A stretch of 64,000 nt of DNA from Kiritimatiellia bacterium (GCA_017520845.1 JAFXEU010000082.1:1483-65482), one strand, 5' to 3'; shown: positions 55,288 through 62,976, counted from the first letter of the stretch. A program made the numbers and translations. Notes: a model not told the origin generated them from the sequence alone.

Positions 55288-56223
55288 ATGGGTATTTGTA
55301 TGAAAATCTTGAATATAAAAAATTGTCTTCTCGTCGTTGCCTGTATTACGGCTCCCATTGCGCCGGTAATGGCGCAGGAAATAGTTGTCGCCGCCTCTGA
55401 TATTTCGATTTACGAAGAAGGGGATGCGTCAGTTAATTTGGGGAATCGTGTTTGGAGTTGGAGCGCCGCGGACGATAGCTCCATTCCGAAACAGTTTAAG
55501 ACCCATTTTAAGACTTATTGCGAGGTTAAGCCTGTTGACGGCGGTAAGGAGTTTCTTGTTGCCGCGAGCGAGGGCGGTTTTGCTATCGTCGATAGGGAAA
55601 CGAAGAAAGCGCGTAAATGGGGCATTTGCGGTCAAGAGTTGTTCACTATTGAAAAGATTTCAGATGATGTAATCGCTTTTTCAGGAAGGGATCATAAAAG
55701 CCGATCCGGTTGCGTATTTATTGTGGATTTGAAAAATCGCGAAAAAACCGCCGGGCGTTTTGTTTTTGATAAGCCGCGAGGCCTTTATTGGGATGAAGAA
55801 AAGTCTTATTTGTGGGTTCTCGATGCGGGAGCCTTGAATGGTTGTAAGTTCAAGAGGGAGAGCGACGGGACTTTTTCTTTAAACCGCGCCAAAATCATTT
55901 CTCTCGTTGATAGAGATACCGGCCTTGGATGTGATTTAAGGCCGCTTCCGAAATATACTAACGGCGTTCTTACCGCGAGTATGAAGGGGGCTGTCCGTTT
56001 ATTCGATTTAAAGAAAATGTATTGGTGCAAGAACAGCACAACTATCCCTGTAGATCACGTTAATTCATACGATACGAATGTTGACGGTAAGGCGTTCTTC
56101 GTAAGATTCCCCAAAGATGCCTCAGGCAGCGATGTTTTAGAGAAGCGTCAGTGGGGCCGGAGGTTTATTCCCTTTAAAAAGATTAAAGGCGCCGCCGTCC
56201 GCCGCGCCCGTTGGGTTCAGTGA
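55288..56223 (+). CDS. secreted hypothetical protein (beta-propeller-like), paralog 1
   Basis: Signal ..LLVVACITAPIAPVMA. Shares VWSWSA..D..IP......F....ECKP..GGK..LVAAS.G..A(I/V)(V/I)D and PRGLYWD....LWVLD with the next gene. Alternative start at 55300. Confidence 0.8.
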   Translation: MGICMKILNIKNCLLVVACITAPIAPVMAQEIVVAASDISIYEEGDASVNLGNRVWSWSAADDSSIPKQFKTHFKTYCEVKPVDGGKEFLVAASEGGFAIVDRETKKARKWGICGQELFTIEKISDDVIAFSGRDHKSRSGCVFIVDLKNREKTAGRFVFDKPRGLYWDEEKSYLWVLDAGALNGCKFKRESDGTFSLNRAKIISLVDRDTGLGCDLRPLPKYTNGVLTASMKGAVRLFDLKKMYWCKNSTTIPVDHVNSYDTNVDGKAFFVRFPKDASGSDVLEKRQWGRRFIPFKKIKGAAVRRARWVQ

Positions 56224-56246
56224 TGATGGATATGAAGGAGTTGATC

Positions 56247-57167
56247 ATGAAGAGCGGTTTGTTTTTCGCAATCTCGGTTTTTGGTATCGGCGTCGTTTCT
56301 GCGGCGGATATTATCGTATGCGATCAGGCGGGTGACCAGTCGATCAGGGTCTACGACGCGTCGCTTCCCGGTGACAGTCTCGGAGAGCCTAAGTGGACAT
56401 GGTCGGGTCCGCGCGATCCGGTTATTCCCGCCTCGATGCGCAGGAAGTTTCTCGGCAACCTTGCCGAATGCAAGCCTACCGCCGACGGGAAGTCTGTTCT
56501 GGTTGCTGCGTGCAGCGGGTGTTGGGCCGTTATTGATTACGATACGTGCAAGGCTAAAGCGTGGGGCGAGAACAAGATGATGTCCCATTCGATAGAGCTT
56601 GTGGGCGATGATATCGTGGCGGTGGTGGCGACCGGCGGGAAATATTACGCGGGGCTTCTTTATCTCTTCGATATAAAAGGCGATAAGGCGCTTTCGCCTA
56701 AAAAGCAGAACGGTACAGCGTTCTGGTTCGACAATCCTCACGGGCTTTACTGGGATCCCAAGACGAATATTCTCTGGGTTTTAGATACGCCTTCGCTTAC
56801 GCCTTGCGCCGTATCTCGATCGGCCGACGGGAAATTGACCCTGGTGCGTCTTGATGCGTATTCGCTCGTTGAAAAGGGCGTCACCTACGGGCATGATCTA
56901 AGACTCGTTCCCGGAACGCGGCTTCTCGCCCTGACGACGCATGAGAAGGTTATGTTCTTCGATATGGATAAGCGCGTTTTTCTCGACGGGCGCTCGATTT
57001 CAAAACGCGATGTTAAAGCGTACGATCCGGGGAAAGACGGTAAGGATCTTGTTACGACGGCACGCACCAAATGGTGGACCGACACGATTGAAATTTGCGA
57101 AGACGGCAAGATACGCGACTACAAAAAACTCCCCGGCGCGAAAATCTATAAAGCGAGGTGGAAGTAG
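56247..57167 (+). CDS. secreted hypothetical protein (beta-propeller-like), paralog 2
   Basis: AAGGAG lies 6 nt before ATG 56247. Signal MKSGLFFAISVFGIGVVSA. KWTWSGPRDPVIP..., AECKPTADGKSVLVAACSGCWAVIDYD, and PHGLYWDPKTNILWVLD. Confidence 0.8.
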   Translation: MKSGLFFAISVFGIGVVSAADIIVCDQAGDQSIRVYDASLPGDSLGEPKWTWSGPRDPVIPASMRRKFLGNLAECKPTADGKSVLVAACSGCWAVIDYDTCKAKAWGENKMMSHSIELVGDDIVAVVATGGKYYAGLLYLFDIKGDKALSPKKQNGTAFWFDNPHGLYWDPKTNILWVLDTPSLTPCAVSRSADGKLTLVRLDAYSLVEKGVTYGHDLRLVPGTRLLALTTHEKVMFFDMDKRVFLDGRSISKRDVKAYDPGKDGKDLVTTARTKWWTDTIEICEDGKIRDYKKLPGAKIYKARWK

Positions 57168-57213
57168 TTGGGGGTCAGGAGTCAGGGGTTAGTGATCAGT
57201 GGTTAGTTGTCAG
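57165..57213 (+). repeat. degenerate heptanucleotide array (GTYAGNN-type), 6-7 units
   Basis: TAGTTGG GGGTCAG GAGTCAG GGGTTAG TGATCAG TGGTTAG TTGTCAG with an exact 7-nt period. It starts at the stop codon of the upstream gene and runs up to the SD (AGGAGG) of the next gene. Confidence 0.7.
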
Positions 57214-57223
57214 CAGGAGGATT

Positions 57224-58357
57224 ATGAAAGGTAAATTATTTTTGATGATCGGTATTTTGTCTGCGCTTCAGTTTTGCGGCGCGGCAGATAGCGCCGTAAA
57301 GCAGGAGCCCGGAGAATGGGGCGCTGAAAACAGAGAAGAATGGGAGAAGGTAAAGCGCCCGGAGACGTTGAAATGGTTTCTGGAAAACGAATACGGCGTA
57401 AGACCTAAGGCGGTTGATGACGCGAAGGCTACGTATGAGTGCATTGAAAGGCTTGAACTCGACGGCGGCGAAGTTATCAAGCGCAAGATTAGGGTGAAGT
57501 ACGAAGGTAAGTACGGCAAGAACCGTTTCGATGTTACGGTTTTTCAGCCGCGCGGCAAAGAGAATCTGCCGATGATGCTTCTTCTCTGCAATCGTCCCCA
57601 GGTGATGAAATTTCCCGAGGATAAGGTTCCTGAAGTCGATTTCTGGCCCGTTAGGGAGATTCTTGCGCGAGGTTGCGCGACGGCGGCTTTTATGCTCAGC
57701 GAGATAAGTCCTGAGACGTACAATCCTAAAACCGCTCATGCGAGCGGCGTTATCCCATGCTTTGAAAGGCCTGAAGACCGCACCGATACGAGCTGGGGAA
57801 CTCTTTCCGCGTGGGCGTGGGGCGCGAGCCGTTTTATCGATTGGGTGGAAGGCGAGAAGGAATTTGATTCGTCGCGCATCGGAATTATCGGACACTCCAG
57901 AGGCGGAAAGGCCGCTTTGGTTGCAGGTGTGCTGGACGAGCGTTTTTCGCTTGTCTGTTCGAACAACTCCGGATGCGGAGGCGCGAAACTTAACCGCATG
58001 AAGCTCCCGGAAAGCGAATATTACAAATCGTTTTTGCATTTTAAGGTTACATACTGGTTTTGCGGGAGGATGGCGAAAGTCTTTCCGGGGCGCGAGGACA
58101 TAATCGAGCACGATCAGGACGAGTGGCTCGCTCTTGTCGCGCCGAGAAAGCTCTGCGTAGCGTCCGCGACCGAAGATTTATGGGCGGGCCCCGCGGGCGA
58201 GAAGGCGGCTGCAGAGAGCGCTAAGCGCATTTGGAAGCTTTACGGGCGAGAATCCATGGTAAAGTATCATGTGAGAAAAGGAAAGCACGATTTAACCCCG
58301 TTCGATTGGAAGCATTATCTTGATGCGATGCTTGATGCTGACGCGAACGACATGTAA
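57224..58357 (+). CDS. CE15-like glucuronoyl esterase (alpha/beta hydrolase), secreted
   Basis: AGGAGG SD upstream. Signal MKGKLFLMIGILSALQFCGA. IGIIGHSRGGKAALVAG resembles the CE15 G-C-S-R-x-G nucleophile motif. Confidence 0.75.
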   Translation: MKGKLFLMIGILSALQFCGAADSAVKQEPGEWGAENREEWEKVKRPETLKWFLENEYGVRPKAVDDAKATYECIERLELDGGEVIKRKIRVKYEGKYGKNRFDVTVFQPRGKENLPMMLLLCNRPQVMKFPEDKVPEVDFWPVREILARGCATAAFMLSEISPETYNPKTAHASGVIPCFERPEDRTDTSWGTLSAWAWGASRFIDWVEGEKEFDSSRIGIIGHSRGGKAALVAGVLDERFSLVCSNNSGCGGAKLNRMKLPESEYYKSFLHFKVTYWFCGRMAKVFPGREDIIEHDQDEWLALVAPRKLCVASATEDLWAGPAGEKAAAESAKRIWKLYGRESMVKYHVRKGKHDLTPFDWKHYLDAMLDADANDM

Positions 58358-58457
58358 GTTTCTCTTAGAGCGCCTTGACGCGTATTTATTCGCTGGAATG
58401 GGACTTGTAGGTCGTCGCCCATTTTTCGCCCATTTTTTCCAATTGGAGCAGATTTTT

Positions 58458-58466
58458 TGCTATAAT
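58458..58466 (+). promoter_or_regulatory. extended -10 box TGcTATAAT
   Basis: TGCTATAAT lies 25 nt upstream of ATG 58492. The leader contains GAAAGGAA. Confidence 0.5.
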
Positions 58467-58491
58467 GTTTATCAGAAAGGAACATATATAT

Positions 58492-58698
58492 ATGCCTGCT
58501 GTAATGGAACAGATAAACAATATGAGCATGGAGGAGAAATTCGCCACGCTTGAGTACGTCTGGTCTTCAATTACTGGATGTGCGACGCCATCATGGCATG
58601 AACAGGAGCTTTGCGAAACCGAGAAGCGTGTTGCCGATGGATTAGAGCGCCCTATTCCTTGGGATAAAGCTAAAACAATCCTTGCGGGAATGCGTTAA
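58492..58698 (+). CDS. type II antitoxin, putative addiction-module component
   Basis: 68 aa. MSMEEKFATLEYVWSSI...WHEQEL..TEKRV..G....IPWD.AK resembles the 'putative addiction module component' family. Its stop overlaps the toxin ATG (TAATG). Confidence 0.75.
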   Translation: MPAVMEQINNMSMEEKFATLEYVWSSITGCATPSWHEQELCETEKRVADGLERPIPWDKAKTILAGMR

Positions 58699-58997
58699 TG
58701 TTTCAACTTCAAATATTACCGTCTGCGATGTTAGATATTGCGCAGACGAGATTTTTTTACGAAGAAATCGAACCAGGACTAGGGGATAGATTTCGAGATG
58801 ATATCTTTAACGCCATTGATAATCTTTCTCAATATGCGGGCATCCATGAAATCCATCTAGGATACTATCGCGCTATAGCTAATAGGTTTCATCAAAATAT
58901 TTATTACAAGATTAATGGAGATGTTGTAACAGTTTGGCGTGTACTTGATCAGCGCTTTAATCCAAAGAGAATTCGTGAAGCTCTTTTCAATAACTAA
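58698..58997 (+). CDS. type II toxin, RelE/ParE family
   Basis: 99 aa. A..DI.....FY......GLGDRF..DI...I..L......H......Y......RF...IYYKI.GD.V.VWRVLDQR is the ParE/RelE layout. Confidence 0.85.
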   Translation: MFQLQILPSAMLDIAQTRFFYEEIEPGLGDRFRDDIFNAIDNLSQYAGIHEIHLGYYRAIANRFHQNIYYKINGDVVTVWRVLDQRFNPKRIREALFNN

Positions 58998-59005
58998 ACA
59001 ACCCC

Positions 59006-59040
59006 CTAACTCCTAGCCCCTAATCACTAACTGCTAACTC
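59006..59040 (-). repeat. degenerate heptanucleotide array, units in opposite orientation (CTAAC-type on + strand), 5 units
   Basis: CTAACTC CTAGCCC CTAATCA CTAACTG CTAACTC with an exact 7-nt period, preceded by CAACCCC. The units are reverse complements of the GTTAG-type units at 57172-57213. They place TAA/TAG in all three + frames, 9 nt after the toxin stop. Confidence 0.7.
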
Positions 59041-59053
59041 GCGCGATAAAGGA

Positions 59054-59143
59054 CAAAAAAAGAAAATGACGAGAATTACTTCTCGTCACTCACACGGGAA
59101 CATTTCCCCGCATCAAGGTGATCCCTTCCTTGGGGACGAGACC
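59054..59143 (-). ncRNA. candidate ~90-nt small RNA (speculative)
   Basis: On the minus strand, TGcTAAAAT (plus coordinates 59150-59158) is followed about 60 nt later by the hairpin GACGAGAA-GTAA-TTCTCGTC (59068-87) and ATTTTCTTTTTTT. An internal CCCCAAGG...CCTT..GGGG pairing is possible. No convincing ORF. Confidence 0.25.
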
Positions 59144-59225
59144 ACTCATATTTTAGCATACGAAGGATGGGCGAGAGATTGCGGCTTAGGGGGATTACGA
59201 CCGCGCTTCAGCTTCGCGATTTACC

Positions 59226-59262
59226 CGACTCCATGATTCGCTAAATCTGGAGTCGTATTTTT
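59226..59262 (+). terminator. rho-independent terminator-like hairpin
   Basis: CGACTCCA (59226-33) pairs with TGGAGTCG (59248-55) around a 14-nt loop, then TATTTTT. It could end the toxin-antitoxin transcript. Confidence 0.45.
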
Positions 59263-59299
59263 CGGTCTTACGAAGGAGGATCGTTTTATGCACGCAGAA

Positions 59300-59370
59300 T
59301 AGTACTGCAAAAATTGCAATATAAGTTGCAGTCTTTACAAATGATTTTTATCTCTTTATTTTGTACAATT
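59300..59370 (+). promoter_or_regulatory. promoter/operator module with three TTGCA boxes (copy B)
   Basis: CTGCAA at 59305, TTGCAA at 59314 and TTGCAG at 59326 (the same 9/12 spacing as copy A), then TTTTGTACAAT. GAAGGAG SD lies before ATG 59401. Confidence 0.5.
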
Positions 59371-59400
59371 GTTATAAGTAAAATCAATTGAAGGAGTCTT

Positions 59401-62400
59401 ATGACTAAACTTGCAAAAATTCTGTCCTTAATTGCGACATGCTTTATTCAAAGCGCGTATGCTGCCGTTTATTACGTAACACCTGAGGCGGATGGTACGG
59501 GCGGCGGTACATCGTGGTCGGATGCTACGACACTATCTGGCGCGAACGGCAAGGTCGCGGCCGGCGATACGATCCGCATGAAGGCGGGAACGTATACGAT
59601 GACGGCAGGTGTAACGATATCAAAGGCGATTACCGTGGAAGGCGGTTACAAGGGTGAGATTAATGATGATTCAACCGATGACTTAGTTTTGGCGGATAAT
59701 CCTGAGACAGTTCTTGATGGTGCGTACAATAGCGGGGTATACGAAGCTGTAACCGTTACAAGCAGTTCAGGAACGAATTATTTTTATCGTATGGCGTTTG
59801 CTCGGTTTTATCGGCGTGGCTTTTTTAAAAAGAGTAAATCTTCCTTGGAAATGTATGATTGCCGATTCTTGAATAATTCTCCTACAATAGACTTAACCCA
59901 TCAACAAGCTAACACGTATAGTGGAACCGGAGGTGGTCGAGGCGGGTGCTTTACAGGGCATACAGGCGATTATGCGTCTACCGCGACGTTAGTTCTTTCA
60001 AATTGCGTCTTTCAGGGGAATGTTTTAACAAGGGTTTTCCGGAAGCAAACAACTACGACATCAACAAGATATGGTGTAGGTTATGGCTTTGGTGCGAATT
60101 TTAGTAATTGGCAAAAAGTAAGTTTGTTAGATTGTCGTTTTATTGACAATGGCTTTGATGGTTCTGTTACAAATGTTTCGTCCTCGTCTAGTTCTGACCT
60201 TTATGCTCCGGTAAGATATGGCAAGGGCGCAGCGTTTTATGCATACAAAGCTCCAATAAAAGCTGAAAATTGCAAATTCATTGGAAACAATTATCTGATA
60301 GCGTCCGATATAGCATTGCAAGGTATTGTTGATTTGAATTCTGGGTGTGGAGGAAGTACATTTAATAATTGCGCTTGGGTGGGGAATAGGGTTGCAAGAG
60401 GCTCATATTCATTAAGTAATCAACGTTATGCATCCGCTGTGACTGTGGATGTCAGTGCAGGTAATACGGTAGATTTTAATAATTGTACAATAGCTTATAA
60501 CATTGCGGGATCACGAGTTTCCGCAGCAGGCCTTATAGTGAATACGGGTGATGTAAGTCTTCGTAATTCAATTGTTTTTGGCAATTCCGTGAGGTCTTCA
60601 ACTGCAGCGCCGGCGTATAAAGATATTCAAGGGATAAGTGCTAATGGAAGTTTGAATGTATCGACATCTCTTCTTACAAAGGAATATGCCAATGCATATA
60701 TTACGGAGAGTGATTGTAAATACGGGAATCCAGAATTCGTTACTTCCGATAGTGATTTTCAATCTTGTATAAAAATTGGCGCTGTCAGTGGTAATATATA
60801 CAATTACTTTTTTGATCCAGATAAAAAAGATGAAGTGTTGAATTTTGATGTGCATCTTCTTTCTGCAGATGGGTATTTTGATAATAGCGGTAAGCATTAT
60901 GCAAAGGGAAGTACGGATGTAACCTCGATTGCTATTGATGCTGGTTCAGTAGATAGTGATTATTCAAATGAGCCTATGCCGAACGGCGGAGTTGTTAATC
61001 TCGGATTTTACGGTAATACCCCTGAAGCGTCAAATTCGCCTTCGGGCGGGCAGCCGACGTTGGCGGCAGATGATGTTGTTGTAACATTTACGGAATATGG
61101 TCAGCCTACTATAACGGTAACGCCTAAGGCGGCAGATTCTTCTAAATATAAAGCTATCGTTTCGATAAATGTAACTGGAAAAGTAAAGGGCAGTGGAGTT
61201 ATCGCAGAAGAAACGAAGACCTTTGATTTCTCCAAGGCAGGTATAGAGCCGGGAAATTCGGCTGAGATGGCCATAGGAGAAATTTTTGAGCCATCATCGC
61301 AGTTGACGATTTCGATTAGAGTAACGGCTGATGGGGCACAAGACGTTGTTTTAGAAAAGACAGTGTCTGTTTCTGGCTCGCTCCCTGAGTGCTATGGACA
61401 CGGCAATAATAATGTAGTTCATTATTGGGCAGATGCTCCAGGTAGAAACGACGGGTCGAGCTGGGTTCACGCCTATCGTGATTTGTCTTCTGCTTTGGGG
61501 GCTCTTTCTGCGGAGAAGAGTGAACTTTGGGTAGCGGGATCTAATGTGCTGCACGCTTCAACAGCTACATTAGCAAGCACATTTAACTCAACTATACGCG
61601 GAGGATTTACTGAGTGTTGTGATTCTCTTGAGGATCGTGAGGATGGCGCTATATCTGTCATTGACGGTAACAATAAGTATGCGCTATTTACTGTGTCTGT
61701 TACTGGTGGCTTAACTTGTTTTATTGAGCGAATGAAGTTCTGCAGAAGTGGTTCACGAAATATTAAAAAGTTTGGGCAAGGAAATCTCTCGTTGTATGGG
61801 TGTGTTATTAGCGATTGTGCAAAATCGGTGACTGGTTCAGGTATCTGTATTTCAGGTGAACAAGATGAAACTGTAGATAAATCAGAGATAGTAGCGGGTG
61901 AGAATTTATTTAATTCTTGTTGCTTTGAAAATCTTACACATATCACGGCGTCTAAATACGATTGTTCTGGCGCAGCTGTTTTTGCGAGAAATGCTATTAA
62001 TGTTGTTTTTAATGATTGTGGTTTTGAGCGAAATGGTAATCTAGATGAGCTTTTCTCTCGTGATGGACGGGGTGGTGTTGCGATATACGCGCTTGATGCT
62101 CCTGTCATAGCTAATGGGTGTTATTTCATAGGTAATGTTGAAAGAACTTTAGTTGGTTCCTCCAATCCTCCTACTACAGAAAGAGAGTATCAGGTTAATT
62201 TCCGCTCTTCGGGATGCGTTACATTACATGGTAGTTGTGGGAATAGCGCATTCACTAATTGCCTTTGGTTAGGAAACTGTGGCACTTATTGTAATGATAA
62301 CAATTCAAGAAAGGTCGGCACGTCTACTAACTCTGCGGCAGTTGTTGTCAGTCTTAGAAATGCAAGCGATACCGTAGACTTTGCAAATTGCACATTCGCA

Positions 62401-62976
62401 TACAATATGTCGGATAGTGCGCTTTCGCCGACTGGTATTCTTCTCTTGAAGGGTAAGGGTAGCGCTGTTAACTCGATCTTCACGGGTGCTGTTACCGGCA
62501 CTTGCTCGCGCGTCGCAAATCAGGTGTATGTCAATAATGGGGCCTCAATGACGCTCGACTACTGCATGTTTGACGCTGAGGGCGATTACGGCGCGGCGGA
62601 AGGCGGAGCGGTTACGGCGAGCAACATCATGTACGCAGATCCGCGTCTTGTCTATTCGCGCGATGATTTCGCATCGGGAGGGAATGTCGACTTGGTGAAC
62701 GGTATTTACAAATCGAACGGCTCCGGTATTAATTCTGTTCTCGCGAACGCGAACGCACACTTGCTCGGTGGCACGGGCTACACCGATGAGAAATCGGGGC
62801 AGGTTGTAAAAACCTCAAGGCGCTATCCTTCACCGGCTATCGACGCCGGTAAGCCAGGCTACGATTACTCATTGGAGCCTCAGCCTAACGGTCGTAGAGT
62901 CAACCTCGGCTTCTACGGCAATACGCCGTGGGCGACGATGTCGGATCGCCGCGGCATGAAGATTATTATTCGTTAG
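59401..62976 (+). CDS. secreted beta-helix adhesin-like protein, two tandem beta-helix modules; low-GC mosaic gene
   Basis: Signal ..IQSAYA|AVYYV. Module 1 (SWSDATTLSGANGKVAAGDTIRMKAGTYTM ... IDAGSVDSDYSNEPMPNGGVVNLGFYGNTPEA) is repeated as module 2 (SSWVHAYRDLSSALGAL..ELWVAG ... IDAGKPGYDYSLEPQPNGRRVNLGFYGNTPWA). Ends GMKIIIR. Confidence 0.9.
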   Translation: MTKLAKILSLIATCFIQSAYAAVYYVTPEADGTGGGTSWSDATTLSGANGKVAAGDTIRMKAGTYTMTAGVTISKAITVEGGYKGEINDDSTDDLVLADNPETVLDGAYNSGVYEAVTVTSSSGTNYFYRMAFARFYRRGFFKKSKSSLEMYDCRFLNNSPTIDLTHQQANTYSGTGGGRGGCFTGHTGDYASTATLVLSNCVFQGNVLTRVFRKQTTTTSTRYGVGYGFGANFSNWQKVSLLDCRFIDNGFDGSVTNVSSSSSSDLYAPVRYGKGAAFYAYKAPIKAENCKFIGNNYLIASDIALQGIVDLNSGCGGSTFNNCAWVGNRVARGSYSLSNQRYASAVTVDVSAGNTVDFNNCTIAYNIAGSRVSAAGLIVNTGDVSLRNSIVFGNSVRSSTAAPAYKDIQGISANGSLNVSTSLLTKEYANAYITESDCKYGNPEFVTSDSDFQSCIKIGAVSGNIYNYFFDPDKKDEVLNFDVHLLSADGYFDNSGKHYAKGSTDVTSIAIDAGSVDSDYSNEPMPNGGVVNLGFYGNTPEASNSPSGGQPTLAADDVVVTFTEYGQPTITVTPKAADSSKYKAIVSINVTGKVKGSGVIAEETKTFDFSKAGIEPGNSAEMAIGEIFEPSSQLTISIRVTADGAQDVVLEKTVSVSGSLPECYGHGNNNVVHYWADAPGRNDGSSWVHAYRDLSSALGALSAEKSELWVAGSNVLHASTATLASTFNSTIRGGFTECCDSLEDREDGAISVIDGNNKYALFTVSVTGGLTCFIERMKFCRSGSRNIKKFGQGNLSLYGCVISDCAKSVTGSGICISGEQDETVDKSEIVAGENLFNSCCFENLTHITASKYDCSGAAVFARNAINVVFNDCGFERNGNLDELFSRDGRGGVAIYALDAPVIANGCYFIGNVERTLVGSSNPPTTEREYQVNFRSSGCVTLHGSCGNSAFTNCLWLGNCGTYCNDNNSRKVGTSTNSAAVVVSLRNASDTVDFANCTFAYNMSDSALSPTGILLLKGKGSAVNSIFTGAVTGTCSRVANQVYVNNGASMTLDYCMFDAEGDYGAAEGGAVTASNIMYADPRLVYSRDDFASGGNVDLVNGIYKSNGSGINSVLANANAHLLGGTGYTDEKSGQVVKTSRRYPSPAIDAGKPGYDYSLEPQPNGRRVNLGFYGNTPWATMSDRRGMKIIIR

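Noticed and set aside
59066-59236. 56-codon ORF (MTRITSRHSHGNISPHQGDPF...) in the spacer after the toxin gene.
   Set aside because: It has no SD and overlaps two terminator-like hairpins. Its composition is not protein-like and no family was recognised.
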